Of a DNA stretch of 58,136 nt, positions 9,679 through 20,012 are shown piece by piece. Each line of letters begins with the position of its first letter. The stretch's first letter is position 1. The DNA is from Candidatus Uhrbacteria bacterium (lineage in GTDB: Bacteria > Patescibacteriota > Patescibacteriia > UBA9934): assembly GCA_903848275.1 (NCBI GenBank), contig CAINGB010000009.1:1-58136 (forward strand), written 5' to 3'. The translations under genes and the position numbers were made by a program. Under the pieces are notes generated by a model. The model worked only from the letters and a program-made list of their open reading frames with translations, was not told where the DNA came from and did not search any database.

Positions 9679-12132
9679 TTACGGCGTTATATATGACATA
9701 GCGAACAAATCAGCGTCGGGAATGTGGCTTTCGTCGCCGAATAAATTAATTAACTGCTGCCAGTTTTGATCAATTATAACGTAAATTGGCGCCTTAATGT
9801 GAGAGCTCTGCCTAAACTGTTCTACTTCTTTTCTGTCTAGTGGGTCGCGAAGGATCATCCTATCAGCACCACTCTTGGCGTGTAAGATAGCCGATGTAGT
9901 TGATTCTGTTTGATTTTTGTTAAGTAAAGTTTCACCTGATTTAATAATTACGACGCGATTAATATGTCCAGTCGTTGCTGCTTGAGTTGAGATCATATCA
10001 CTAGGCGCACCTTGACCAAGTCTAACAATGAGCGTGTCAATCTTGGCATTCTCCAAAGCATTCTCACGTAAAACTATATCCGAGCTAAGACTCAGGACAT
10101 CAAAAGACATACCGCTAAAGGCTGCTGGCATAATCATGACATACTGATCCTTGGCCGCCTGTAACTGCAAAGTTTTGGTACGGAAACGATCGCTTTCACC
10201 ATTTACGAAGAATACTCCACCATCAAACTCAATACCGTTTTTTACATTTAGTCCTGGCTGCTCGCCTGGATCATCGTTAAAACGTAGAACTGTGTCGCTG
10301 GCTTTAACGTTGGCTAATGCGCCACCTTGAAAGCCTGTGCTACGGGCCCAGCTTAGTCGATCGACCGTCAAATCTGACAACCTACCGCCGCCGACGTTAC
10401 TCAAAGTTAAAGATTCCAATTTCGCTCCTCCAAAGTCAGCACCAGCTAGCCACTGATCGCCGGCAAAATTACTCTTAATTGTAATATTCTTCAGCCCGTG
10501 ATTAATAGCCACTGACAATATCTCGCCACCGCGCACACCCTCAGCACCTAACTCTGTATTGGCGATAGTGATGTCTAGGTAGGCACCATCATCCCAGGCA
10601 ATCTGGGATAGGCCGTTGGAGATTTGGCTGACGTTCTCCATTTCAACTGACGAAGTTGGAATGTCATAAATGGGCGGCAAATCGTTGCCTTTAATCTTCC
10701 AAGCGATGGGGCCATATTTGTTAAACTCGGTAACCATGATGCCTGACTTGGCAGCAAGCTGGACTGGCATATAGGCGGCATTCTTTTTGGCGGCAAAAAT
10801 ACGCATGGCAGCAGAAGCTGAAACAGCATCTTTACTCTCTCTATTTTGCTCTTCTTGACGTGCTCGGCGTTGGGACAGGAGAGCGTCGAGAGCCTGGGCG
10901 CTATAAGATTTGAACTTATCTAATCTGACGCCATCTGGAGTAAGAGCCGTCTCATAATTGTCTATGGTAAGCATTTCTTGCGGTTCATTATCATGCACTA
11001 GTCTTAACTCAATCGGATTCTTGAAATCATCCGCCGCGTGTGCGTAGGAGCCGGCAACCTTCTTGGAGCTGACGTTACGATTAATATTTGCTAAGCCGTC
11101 GCCAAGAGTGGCGGTAGCTTCAGGGTACGAGCTAACCGTGTTATTTACCAAGGCCTGGTGAACTTTTTGTTCCAACTTGCCGACATAGTCTGTATTAGCG
11201 GCTGCTTTTTTGGCAGCGCGAGCATCTTTACGGTTGGCTTTTTGGATAGCTGCTTGATGTGGAGCATTTTCTTTGTCCCAGGTGGTTAAACCTTCTTTAA
11301 CAGCAATGCCTTTCACGGCCGTACCGGTCGCCTCATACATACCGATAGCTTGATGCTTAGCAATGGCAGCCTCAGTAATTTCGTGATGTGGAGCGTCACC
11401 ATCGAGAATAATAATGCCCTTACCCTCGCTCGTGAGATCGAGGACGGCTCGCACGTGGCCAGGCACTGCCAAACCATTGGCATCAATATGGCCGCGAAAA
11501 TGTTCCAATTTTAATTTACCTTCAGCAACGTACTTGGGAAAAACTGCCTGGACCATGGCTTCAATAAATTTGGCACGAGCTTCGCATTCGCCTTCACCGG
11601 TCAGTAATAAATCGGTTAAACGGTTATTGGCATTATTGTAATTGCCTTGCTGTTTAAGTATCCAACCAAGTGTTTCCTCTTCACTCCAATGATTGGCCTG
11701 TTGCCTATTAGCGGCCTCGGCCAAGGCATCAAAATGAGCCCGGGCTTTAGCGACATCCTCAACACTAGTGCCACCAAGTAAACGTTCTTGTTCGAGATAA
11801 AGGCTGATGAGATTGACTGGTAACGGCTCTCCTTTGTCTATTTTCTCCTGGTACTTATGCATTAAGCCTTCCGCTGTATGCCGTGCCTCGTCCTTGGTCA
11901 AAGAGGCATTAATAACCTGCGGAATACGTTCGACGGCAACAATAATATCGTCATGATCAAGATAGGCGACATTCCAGGCAACAAAAAGAACTTTAAGAAA
12001 TTTGTAGTATTTGTTAGAAAGTTTATCTAGGCGGCTCTCGTCGAGAGTCTCTTTCTTGTCCGTCAGATAACCTTTGATGCGCTCGAACTTGCTCGGCTGC
12101 TCACCACCCCCCCCTGAACGACGCTCCGACAT
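9679..12132 (-). CDS. Large hypothetical protein (817 aa) with N-terminal TM segment
   Basis: Long uninterrupted ORF; no family recognised with confidence. Confidence 0.75.
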   Translation of the reverse strand: MSERRSGGGGEQPSKFERIKGYLTDKKETLDESRLDKLSNKYYKFLKVLFVAWNVAYLDHDDIIVAVERIPQVINASLTKDEARHTAEGLMHKYQEKIDKGEPLPVNLISLYLEQERLLGGTSVEDVAKARAHFDALAEAANRQQANHWSEEETLGWILKQQGNYNNANNRLTDLLLTGEGECEARAKFIEAMVQAVFPKYVAEGKLKLEHFRGHIDANGLAVPGHVRAVLDLTSEGKGIIILDGDAPHHEITEAAIAKHQAIGMYEATGTAVKGIAVKEGLTTWDKENAPHQAAIQKANRKDARAAKKAAANTDYVGKLEQKVHQALVNNTVSSYPEATATLGDGLANINRNVSSKKVAGSYAHAADDFKNPIELRLVHDNEPQEMLTIDNYETALTPDGVRLDKFKSYSAQALDALLSQRRARQEEQNRESKDAVSASAAMRIFAAKKNAAYMPVQLAAKSGIMVTEFNKYGPIAWKIKGNDLPPIYDIPTSSVEMENVSQISNGLSQIAWDDGAYLDITIANTELGAEGVRGGEILSVAINHGLKNITIKSNFAGDQWLAGADFGGAKLESLTLSNVGGGRLSDLTVDRLSWARSTGFQGGALANVKASDTVLRFNDDPGEQPGLNVKNGIEFDGGVFFVNGESDRFRTKTLQLQAAKDQYVMIMPAAFSGMSFDVLSLSSDIVLRENALENAKIDTLIVRLGQGAPSDMISTQAATTGHINRVVIIKSGETLLNKNQTESTTSAILHAKSGADRMILRDPLDRKEVEQFRQSSHIKAPIYVIIDQNWQQLINLFGDESHIPDADLFAMSYITP

Positions 12133-12154
12133 AAAGATAATTTAGTAGATTAAG

Positions 12155-12883
12155 CTACCACCTAAAGCTATCAAGTTGTTTGGAGATATATGAGAACCAG
12201 TCAGCGTAACCAGCGTCGCTCGGGTGGAAGAGATCAGCGGCGTAATATTTTTTGGGATCGAGAGCGAATGGGTCGTAGCTAGCGTCGCGATAAAGATCCA
12301 CAAACTGCACGTCACCGTTTGTAGCATCGACGGCAGTTATGAAGATTCTACGAATAAACCGGCTACGAATCGTAAAAATCCAACGCAAGGCCCAAGGTAA
12401 TAGCGGCACCGTACCGACGTTGCCGGGCGTGGTCAAGAGGACGTGCGAGGCCTTGCTGACGGCTAGTTGTAAAACATGCTTAATGTCTGAATCCAACTGA
12501 GAGTACGTGGTAAAGTGGACGTTGTCGTTGCCTCCAACATTAATGAAAATTAAATCGAAGTGTCCAGGTAGTTGTTTGATCTGCTCAATCACCTGCCAAG
12601 TTCGAGCGCTGATAGCAGCTACGTTCACCACCTCGGCTTGCGGGTACTTAGCGCCTATCAAAGCAGCTAATGAATACTCAGTGGCGCTGGCGCCAGCCCC
12701 GACACCTGTGCTATCGCCGACAATACCAATCCGCAGGGAAGCCTTGGGTAACTGGCGAGAAAATGGCGTGGCGGACCGGGCGATTTTTTCGCCGACCGAT
12801 ATTAGATGCAAGACGCGCTGTCGCTCATAGGTTACGTAGAGGAAGATGAGTCCAAGAATAATCAAGAGCAGCGGCATGATCAT
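12155..12883 (-). CDS. SGNH/GDSL hydrolase
   Basis: GDSTGVG block I, GGND block III, DLFHPS block V; N-terminal TM helix. Confidence 0.9.
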   Translation of the reverse strand: MIMPLLLIILGLIFLYVTYERQRVLHLISVGEKIARSATPFSRQLPKASLRIGIVGDSTGVGAGASATEYSLAALIGAKYPQAEVVNVAAISARTWQVIEQIKQLPGHFDLIFINVGGNDNVHFTTYSQLDSDIKHVLQLAVSKASHVLLTTPGNVGTVPLLPWALRWIFTIRSRFIRRIFITAVDATNGDVQFVDLYRDASYDPFALDPKKYYAADLFHPSDAGYADWFSYISKQLDSFRW

Positions 12884-14100
12884 AGAACAAAAATCAAAAC
12901 GCCGGCCGTTGCCATTAGCAACATAACGAGTACGCCAAGTATGTTAGACCACTTTCCGTTAGTATGTTTGCCCATGATCTTCTTGTTGTTGGAGATGAGC
13001 AGGATGAGGAGTAGTAATGGTGGTGCAACCAAGCCATTCATGACGGCGGTGTAGTACAACATGGTGAACGGTGGGATATGCAAGAAGTTGATGAGTACGC
13101 CAACCGAAGTGGCAAGGATAATGATACCGTAGAAAATTTTGGCTTCGTACCATTTTTTGGACAGGCCACCGACGTGATCGAATGACTCGACGACGGCGTA
13201 TGAAGCTGAACCAGCTAAAATTGGCACGGCCAACAAACCAACGCCGATGATGCCAATCGCGAACAAGGCAAAAGCGAAGTTACCAGCCAATGGTCGCAAA
13301 GCCTCCGCAGCCGTGGCAGCCGTGTCGACCTGCAAGATGCCGTGTGCGCCGAGTGTGCTGGCTGTTGTGACAATAATGAAGAACATGATGAGGTTCGAGA
13401 AGAACATGCCGACTACAGTGTCGAGTCGCATATCCTTAATTTCCGCCAAGAGATTCCGCTTCTTGAGTTCCTGTGCCTCCTCGACCTCCTCATTCGCTTG
13501 CCAGAAGAAGAGGTAGGGCGAAATGGTGGTCCCGAGCACGGCGACGATGTTGAGAATATATTCTTTGTGCCAAGAGAAACTTGGAACAATCGTCGACCAA
13601 GCCACAGCGCCCCAGTTTTGTTTGACGACGAAAGCGGCGATGACGTAAGCAAAGAGTGAGAGCGTCAAGAATTTTAAGAACTTGGCGTAACGCGGATAAC
13701 TGACGAAGATTTCGAGCAGCAATGTGACAATAGTGATAGCGAGCAGCCAGACTACGAACGGAACGCCAAGCAATAACTGACCGGTGGCCGCCATGGCACC
13801 CAAGTCAGCCCCGATGTTGATAGTGTTAGCGATCATGAGCAGGCCGACGGCGACGTAAAGAACTGGCCGCGCATAATGGCGACGAATGACGCCGGACAGT
13901 CCCCGACCGGTCACGATGCCAATACGGCCGCACATTTCCTGGACGACGGTCATGAAGGGAAAGCTGAATAACGCTAACCAGAGCTGGCTGTAGCCGAATT
14001 GTGCGCCGGTTTGGCTGTAAGTGCCGATGCCGCTTGGGTCGTCATCCGCGGCCCCGGTAATAAAGCCTGGGCCTAAGCGTTGCCAGATGTTTTTTTTCAT
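12880..14100 (-). CDS. NRAMP-family divalent metal transporter
   Basis: GPGFITGAADDDPSGIGTYSQ and GTTISPYLFFWQ motifs. Start set at MKKNIWQRLG (14100). Confidence 0.9.
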   Translation of the reverse strand: MKKNIWQRLGPGFITGAADDDPSGIGTYSQTGAQFGYSQLWLALFSFPFMTVVQEMCGRIGIVTGRGLSGVIRRHYARPVLYVAVGLLMIANTINIGADLGAMAATGQLLLGVPFVVWLLAITIVTLLLEIFVSYPRYAKFLKFLTLSLFAYVIAAFVVKQNWGAVAWSTIVPSFSWHKEYILNIVAVLGTTISPYLFFWQANEEVEEAQELKKRNLLAEIKDMRLDTVVGMFFSNLIMFFIIVTTASTLGAHGILQVDTAATAAEALRPLAGNFAFALFAIGIIGVGLLAVPILAGSASYAVVESFDHVGGLSKKWYEAKIFYGIIILATSVGVLINFLHIPPFTMLYYTAVMNGLVAPPLLLLILLISNNKKIMGKHTNGKWSNILGVLVMLLMATAGVLIFVL

Positions 14101-14319
14101 AAGGTTCGAAGTTCCAGTCAACGCGAGACTTGTCGCTCGCAACTGCCAATCTCCTATTCCTAGCTGCACCTCGTCAACCGCACCAGCCGTCTCACCTCGT
14201 CTGACTCGGGCGCTGGCGCAGGCCACGTCGGTCGCGACCGACGTGGCAGGGCCGAGGTTGGCGTCGTCATAGAAGATATGGCAGTCGCTCGCTCCTACAA
14301 GGCTCAGGCTCAACACTGG

Positions 14320-15324
14320 TTATTTAACGGCTGGGCCGTTATTGATATACATTGACGAGTCAACGGTGCGGTCAAAGCAGGAGTCACCAGTGCCGTGTGA
14401 CCAGTTGTTACTGTAGGGTGAGTTGCCGTAAATATCACGGGTTGGGACCGGTGTGGTTGCTATTGATGGGGTCGAGGTTTCCCTGCTGTCGGTGGCGAAG
14501 TTAGCACAGAGGGTGAAGGTACTTTGCGTCACGCCAGTAGTCGCGTCGGCCATGACGGTGTCCTGCATAATGTAGGTATATGCTGCCCCGCTGGCTGGGT
14601 CCACGGGAGCCACAAAGCCGTTCAAGGTGTTGGTCAAACTTTCCATTGATTTAGGTAAAACGTGTTTGGTGGTGTAGTAATTAATGACTTCGTTTTGGAT
14701 GATAGAAAGATCATTAACACGAGTTTCGTCAAAGCGAACGGCACGCTGTTGTGCGGGTGAACCGACCAGGACGAAGCCGAGGATAATGGCAGCTACTAGG
14801 ATAACTGAGTTCGCAATAGCAACTGTCCTCGGTACCTTGGTCGGAGCAGTAACGTCGCGGCGCAAATCCCAGAGGTAATAAGCGAAGACACCAGCCGAAG
14901 TGAGCAAAACGATGATGACTTTGAGAATGAAGCGCGTGGTGATTTCGCCGTTTAGGAAGTAGTTAACGAGCGTCACTAAGTCGACAATCATCGTGATGGC
15001 GGTGGCGAAGAGGGTTAAGTAAAGCAACCACTTTTTAATGCCGAGTTCGTGCTTAGCTGGGTTGGCTTTGACGTCCCGGTTGAGAAACCAGGAGATAAGA
15101 ACAAAGACTGGCCAGACCACGATTAGGATGGCCATGCTAGTGCGAATGGCGTCGAGTGCACCGACGTATGAGTAGCTTAAGACGTCAGGCCATTTGACGT
15201 TGACGTACTGAAAAAGCAAGGCGATGAAGCTGCCGAAGCAGGCGTAAAGTGTGCCGATGGCGAGCAGATGGCCAAAAACATCGCGAGCAGTGGAGTGCTG
15301 ACTCTTCACCTTGAGATTTTTCAT
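14320..15324 (-). CDS. DUF5671-like membrane protein
   Basis: Multiple TM helices, KWLLYLTLF...DLVTLVNYFLNGEITTRFILK, GSPAQQRAVRFDETRVNDL; family recalled as CPR-typical. Confidence 0.7.
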   Translation of the reverse strand: MKNLKVKSQHSTARDVFGHLLAIGTLYACFGSFIALLFQYVNVKWPDVLSYSYVGALDAIRTSMAILIVVWPVFVLISWFLNRDVKANPAKHELGIKKWLLYLTLFATAITMIVDLVTLVNYFLNGEITTRFILKVIIVLLTSAGVFAYYLWDLRRDVTAPTKVPRTVAIANSVILVAAIILGFVLVGSPAQQRAVRFDETRVNDLSIIQNEVINYYTTKHVLPKSMESLTNTLNGFVAPVDPASGAAYTYIMQDTVMADATTGVTQSTFTLCANFATDSRETSTPSIATTPVPTRDIYGNSPYSNNWSHGTGDSCFDRTVDSSMYINNGPAVK

Positions 15325-15395
15325 AGAGTAATAAATTATGATTACTCATAGTATAGCAATAATTCACTCTTATTGTATACGTTGAGCGTATACGC

Positions 15396-17144
15396 TCAAC
15401 GTATACAATTCCACGGTGTGCTCGCCATAACAAAGAGGATGTTGCGATGCTCGGCTTTGAAGATATTGGCACCCTGAGCTTTGCGTGAATCAGCAATAAA
15501 GACGCCGTGCGGAGAGGTCGACGCGGCGGCCGCGGCTAGGATTGCCTCAGCCAAAATCGATGAAGTGCCGAGGATACGATGAGCAACGAGGAATTCAAGT
15601 TGGGCATCGAGTGGTACTGCGTCGCCGTGTTGTTCGATGACCTGCTCGGCTAACGCTAATAAGTGTTCGTAAGCTGCACGATGCTTGGTAATCGGCGAGC
15701 TGTAGAACTTGGAGGCGCCAATAATGGCGTGAGTGGCGAAGTAGACTAAAGCGCGTGGTTTGTAGGTGTCGACGTCGACCACTCCCCGCTCTAACGCTTT
15801 AACTAAGACGGCAGGATCTAACTCACAAGGGAAAACCTCGCCGAAGAGATTGGCGATGAAATATAGAGGATTGATAGCTGAGGTGCTTAGCAGTAATAGC
15901 TCGTGCTCGTCAACCTGTAAATCACGCCACAAAGTCTGCAACCGTTCTTGACCGATGACGGCAAGAGCAGCGGCGCGAACATCAGTCTCGTAAATTGTCG
16001 AGGCGAAGAGGGTTTTGGCTAGAATGCTTTGGATGGCAATGAGCTTGGGATACTTGGCGAGAACTGGAGTGCGTAGACTAGGCGATTTTTTACTTGTTGC
16101 AGAGTGGTTGATGATGGCTTGGAAGTGATCCTCGATGTTTTTTGCTTTGCCGAAGACGGCGCTACGTAATTGCTCGAGGTGCTGCTTAGCGTCGGCGTCT
16201 AATGTCCACAAATATTTACGACTCCACCAGTGAAAGGCCACGCTCGGCAAATACTCGATATTTGCTTCGTACCAATGAGTGACGGACTGCGCCATGGGCA
16301 CTTTGGCGACGTGCAACAAGGTCGCCACGTAGTCGATAATTTTGGCGGCCACGTCAATGCCAGTCACGCCCTGAAAGCCATTGTTGGCCCATTGCGGTAC
16401 GGTGTTAACTTCCATGAAATACCATTCGCCAGTCTCGACATGACGAATGAGGTCCACACCACAAATTTGTAAGCCGAAGATAGTGGCTACGCGGGCAGCG
16501 AGTTTGCAAGCCATGGCGTGTTCGTGAGCGTCGATGACGACTTCGCCGGTGCCGCCTTGGGCTAGATTATTGCGGTGCTCCCCTGCTTTGGCCACGCGCT
16601 TCATGACGCCGAGAGGGACGCCAGCAACCATGAAAATTCGGTAATCACCATTATTGGGAATGAATGATTGATAGACGTAATCGTTAACCGAGCCGGGTAA
16701 TTCGTCCGCCTCCTCCGCTGATTTGAGCAGATAGACGCCAGCACCACGACTGCTAACTGGCAGTTTGGCGATAACCGGGAAAACTAGACTGGCGAGGGCG
16801 GCAAATTCGACTGTCACAATGCCGTCGAGGCCGAGCTCCTCATTCACGCGAAGTTGCTGGTAGCGCTTGGAACGAACGAGTGGCGTGCGGAGTAAGGCCT
16901 GGTTAATGAGCGCGCAACCGCGAGCTTCCGCCGCCGTTAAAACTTCGGCCCTTTTGGCTGGCGTCAAACGGCCAGAACGCCAAAGAATGATGCAGTTATG
17001 TAAAGCGTTAATCTGGGCCGTTACTTCAGCGGCCGAGCCGGTAACGACGACCGTGGAAATATTTTGCGCTGAGGCTGCTTTGAGCAACAATTCAATGTGA
17101 ACCGTCTGGTATTTGGCGACGATGGCGAGTTGCGGAGAATTCAT
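15396..17144 (-). CDS. RimK-family ATP-grasp ligase with extra C-terminal helical domain
   Basis: FPVIAK...SSRGAGVYL, YQSFIPNNGDYRIF, RNNLAQGG, CGVDLI, MEVNTVPQW. Confidence 0.85.
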   Translation of the reverse strand: MNSPQLAIVAKYQTVHIELLLKAASAQNISTVVVTGSAAEVTAQINALHNCIILWRSGRLTPAKRAEVLTAAEARGCALINQALLRTPLVRSKRYQQLRVNEELGLDGIVTVEFAALASLVFPVIAKLPVSSRGAGVYLLKSAEEADELPGSVNDYVYQSFIPNNGDYRIFMVAGVPLGVMKRVAKAGEHRNNLAQGGTGEVVIDAHEHAMACKLAARVATIFGLQICGVDLIRHVETGEWYFMEVNTVPQWANNGFQGVTGIDVAAKIIDYVATLLHVAKVPMAQSVTHWYEANIEYLPSVAFHWWSRKYLWTLDADAKQHLEQLRSAVFGKAKNIEDHFQAIINHSATSKKSPSLRTPVLAKYPKLIAIQSILAKTLFASTIYETDVRAAALAVIGQERLQTLWRDLQVDEHELLLLSTSAINPLYFIANLFGEVFPCELDPAVLVKALERGVVDVDTYKPRALVYFATHAIIGASKFYSSPITKHRAAYEHLLALAEQVIEQHGDAVPLDAQLEFLVAHRILGTSSILAEAILAAAAASTSPHGVFIADSRKAQGANIFKAEHRNILFVMASTPWNCIR

Positions 17145-17217
17145 AATTGGCCCAAGTCTAGCAGCTAACTACGAAAAACAAAAATAGAGCCCCGCGGTGA
17201 GGCTCTTATGGCGCTAG

Positions 17218-17697
17218 TTATTTAAGTGTTTTAGCGTAGGCTTTCAGACCGACTTTTTGCGCATCCGTAATAGCAGCGGTCGGACGCTTGGCGTGAATTA
17301 TGGCGAGTGCCTGTTCAAGCGTATTGCCCTGCTTGATGAGATAGGCGGCAAAGAGTGTTGGTGCCCGGCCGTGGCCGTTACGGCAATGGATATAGGCTGG
17401 TAGCTGACGAGCGGCGCAGAACTCGAGCATCTGCACACCGAGGATTAATGCGTCGGGTGTTGGCGGTAGATGATCGGGTGTTGGTAGCCACAAGAAATAG
17501 TCGACACCATGCGGGGCATCGATGCGTAAATCCTCCAAGCTGATGTCGACCCTGACGCCTTTGCTTAATAACTCTTTAGCGAAACCAAACTGGCAGCACA
17601 TGTTGGTGCCGATGTAGACTAAGTCGGTGATTTGCTGATAATCAAAGCCGGGTAAGCCCATGACGTGATTAAACCCGTCGACGATTTTATTTTTCAT
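17218..17697 (-). CDS. Dual-specificity / Cys-based protein phosphatase
   Basis: HCRNGHGRA = HCxxGxxR motif; PTPDH acid loop. Confidence 0.88.
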   Translation of the reverse strand: MKNKIVDGFNHVMGLPGFDYQQITDLVYIGTNMCCQFGFAKELLSKGVRVDISLEDLRIDAPHGVDYFLWLPTPDHLPPTPDALILGVQMLEFCAARQLPAYIHCRNGHGRAPTLFAAYLIKQGNTLEQALAIIHAKRPTAAITDAQKVGLKAYAKTLK

Positions 17698-17762
17698 ACG
17701 AGTGTAGTATAGCGCAAAGTAAACAAGACCTAAAGACTAAAGTGGAGTACACTGTGAGTAAT

Positions 17763-18086
17763 ATGACTATCATTGAAACGCTACGCACGCCGAGGATTAG
17801 TGGTTATGCTATATTCGACTTCGCCGTTTCGTTCCTAGCGGTTTATTTAGTAGCGCCAACGTTGACTAAACTGGCGCGCAAAATAAAACTTGAAGTCCCC
17901 AAACATAGCTGGCTTTATTTAACCGTACCGCTAAGCGTCGTCATTCATTTACTGGTTGGAACGATGACACCGTTGACGCTAGCGACTCTTGATCTGCACG
18001 ATCATCTTTTTGTTAAGTTGGTCATCGTTCTGCTCGTTGTACTGGGAGTAAAAGATATTCGGGTGATCGGTAAGAAAAACAAGTAA
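17763..18086 (+). CDS. Hypothetical membrane protein
   Basis: Three hydrophobic segments. Confidence 0.65.
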   Translation: MTIIETLRTPRISGYAIFDFAVSFLAVYLVAPTLTKLARKIKLEVPKHSWLYLTVPLSVVIHLLVGTMTPLTLATLDLHDHLFVKLVIVLLVVLGVKDIRVIGKKNK

Positions 18087-18131
18087 TACAAAACTCTCAG
18101 AACCAAGTTGGCTCTGAGAGTTTTTTTATTG

Positions 18132-18470
18132 TTATTCAATTTCTTCATCGGCTTTGAGGTCCTGGTACTGCTCTTCCATGGCGTGCCATTCACGACGCAG
18201 GGTGTCGACCAAGGCATTCTTGACGTCGATAGCTAATTCTTTCTTGGTGGCGTATTCCTCGACCACAGTTTCTACCAAGTTGTCGTAGGTTTCCTTGGTG
18301 ACGTCTTCCATTTTGTGCAAAGCCTTCTTAATCTTCTTAGCCAACATCTTGGCGTCGTCCTGCACATTCTCGAGTAACTCTTGGCCTGGTTTAGTGAAGG
18401 CAAAGCCAACAGCGGCACCGACGGCTAGCAGGCCACCGAGAATGAGACCCTTCTTGAATTTATTTTCCAT
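18132..18470 (-). CDS. YtxH-like / hypothetical coiled-coil protein
   Basis: N-terminal GLILGGLLAVGAAVG anchor followed by a charged helical body. Confidence 0.6.
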   Translation of the reverse strand: MENKFKKGLILGGLLAVGAAVGFAFTKPGQELLENVQDDAKMLAKKIKKALHKMEDVTKETYDNLVETVVEEYATKKELAIDVKNALVDTLRREWHAMEEQYQDLKADEEIE

Positions 18471-18488
18471 ACGTATTTGATTATCGAA

Positions 18489-18641
18489 TTACTTAACTAT
18501 CTTTTCACCACGAATGATACGAATGAGAACTACGATGATAGCGAGAATCAGTAAAAAGTGGATAAAACCGCCAAAAGCGTGAGCGGTAACTAAGCCTAAG
18601 AGCCAGAGGATGAAGAGTACGACGGCGATGGTCCACAGCAT
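18489..18641 (-). CDS. lmo0937-family (DUF5670) small membrane protein
   Basis: MLWTIAVVLFILWLLGL...GGFIHFLLILAIIVVLIRIIRG. Confidence 0.85.
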   Translation of the reverse strand: MLWTIAVVLFILWLLGLVTAHAFGGFIHFLLILAIIVVLIRIIRGEKIVK

Positions 18642-18718
18642 ATTTGTTTTTTTAGGAATTAGCTTCTTATAGACCATACTCTCCCTTGGCTAATAAAGAT
18701 AGCTGAGCTATTAGCTCC

Positions 18719-19186
18719 CTACTCAATCTGATACCCCTTCGCAGCAGCCCAGTCTTCCACGGCGTTAGTGATCATTGGTGAGTTAGCCAGGTCGACGTTA
18801 ACGTCCCAAGTGTTGCCGTCCTGGTCTTCGCCATGAGCGTTGCCGTCGGCCTTAAGTTCCGCGGTAAAACTGAGGGTATCGCCGTAACCGTTATCTAAAG
18901 AGTCGAGGAAACCGCCGCTGAAGGTAGCGTCGATGTTGTAAGTGCTGCCGCTTGAGGCTGAGTAGGCCTCGACCGTCTCCGTGCCATTAATGTAAGGCGC
19001 GATGTAGTACCAGTAATTATCTAAGGCATCCTGACGGCTAATGCTAGTTAGGTTAGCTGAGTTGCTGGCACTACCCTCGTCGGTTGGCGAGACTTCGGTG
19101 TTGGTCGAGCTTGAGCAACCAGCACCGATTAAGGAAATACTGATGAAGCAGAGAGCGGCTGGAGCGATACGAGACAGGAACTTCAT
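18719..19186 (-). CDS. Hypothetical lipoprotein
   Basis: Signal peptide ending LIGAGC (lipobox-like). Confidence 0.7.
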   Translation of the reverse strand: MKFLSRIAPAALCFISISLIGAGCSSSTNTEVSPTDEGSASNSANLTSISRQDALDNYWYYIAPYINGTETVEAYSASSGSTYNIDATFSGGFLDSLDNGYGDTLSFTAELKADGNAHGEDQDGNTWDVNVDLANSPMITNAVEDWAAAKGYQIE

Positions 19187-19247
19187 AGACTACTATTAAT
19201 GATACAAAAGATACTCGCACGTTTTTTCAGTCAGATGTTGGGTATGG

Positions 19248-20012
19248 TCATTTTCTAGGCCAAGGAATAAACATCGAGACACGCTGCTTATAGGCTGCAA
19301 AGTCGGGATTAGAAGCCATTTTCTTTTCGAGCAAGGGAACGCCGGATACTTTCAAGATTAAGAAGGTGATGGTGAGTGGGCCAAGCACAGCGATAAGACC
19401 ACTCGGTACTGATAGCGCTATGAGCCAGATCCCCCACCATTGCGTAACTTCGCCAAAATAATTGGGGTGACGGGTGTAGGCCCAGAGACCGCTTTGCATG
19501 AGCTTGCCTTTATTGGCCGGATTTTTTATGAATGAGGCCAGTTGAGAGTCGCCCACTGCTTCGAAATAAAAGCCCAGCGACCAAACGGCTAAACCTACAA
19601 AATCCAGCCAGCCAAGCGGTGCACCTGGACTCATATTAATCAACAGCACTGGCAGAACAATCAGGTACAAGAGAGTGCCTTGCAAAAGATAAATTTGGAA
19701 ATATGAGCGTAGATAGAACCACTTGCCCCAGTCTTGTCGCCATTGCTGATAACGATAATCCTCTGGTTTGTTTTTGTTCCTACTGTAGATATGCCAGGCT
19801 AGTCGCAAACCCCAAACACTGACTAGAAGACAAACAATAAGACCACGTAGACCGCCGACACCGTAAAAGAAAAATGAAATCCAGGAAAGGGTGACAAAAC
19901 CCAGCCCCCAGGCGACATCCGCCACGTCATTTCTTTTTTTAAGTAAAGACACGACGAACCAGAGGCTCATGTAGCCTAAGAGAACTAAACCGAGAACGAT
20001 AAAATAACTCAT
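19248..20012 (-). CDS. DUF1295 (steroid 5-alpha-reductase-like) membrane protein
   Basis: DVAWG, WGLRL, EDYRY, GLWAYTRHPNYFGE. Confidence 0.9.
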   Translation of the reverse strand: MSYFIVLGLVLLGYMSLWFVVSLLKKRNDVADVAWGLGFVTLSWISFFFYGVGGLRGLIVCLLVSVWGLRLAWHIYSRNKNKPEDYRYQQWRQDWGKWFYLRSYFQIYLLQGTLLYLIVLPVLLINMSPGAPLGWLDFVGLAVWSLGFYFEAVGDSQLASFIKNPANKGKLMQSGLWAYTRHPNYFGEVTQWWGIWLIALSVPSGLIAVLGPLTITFLILKVSGVPLLEKKMASNPDFAAYKQRVSMFIPWPRK

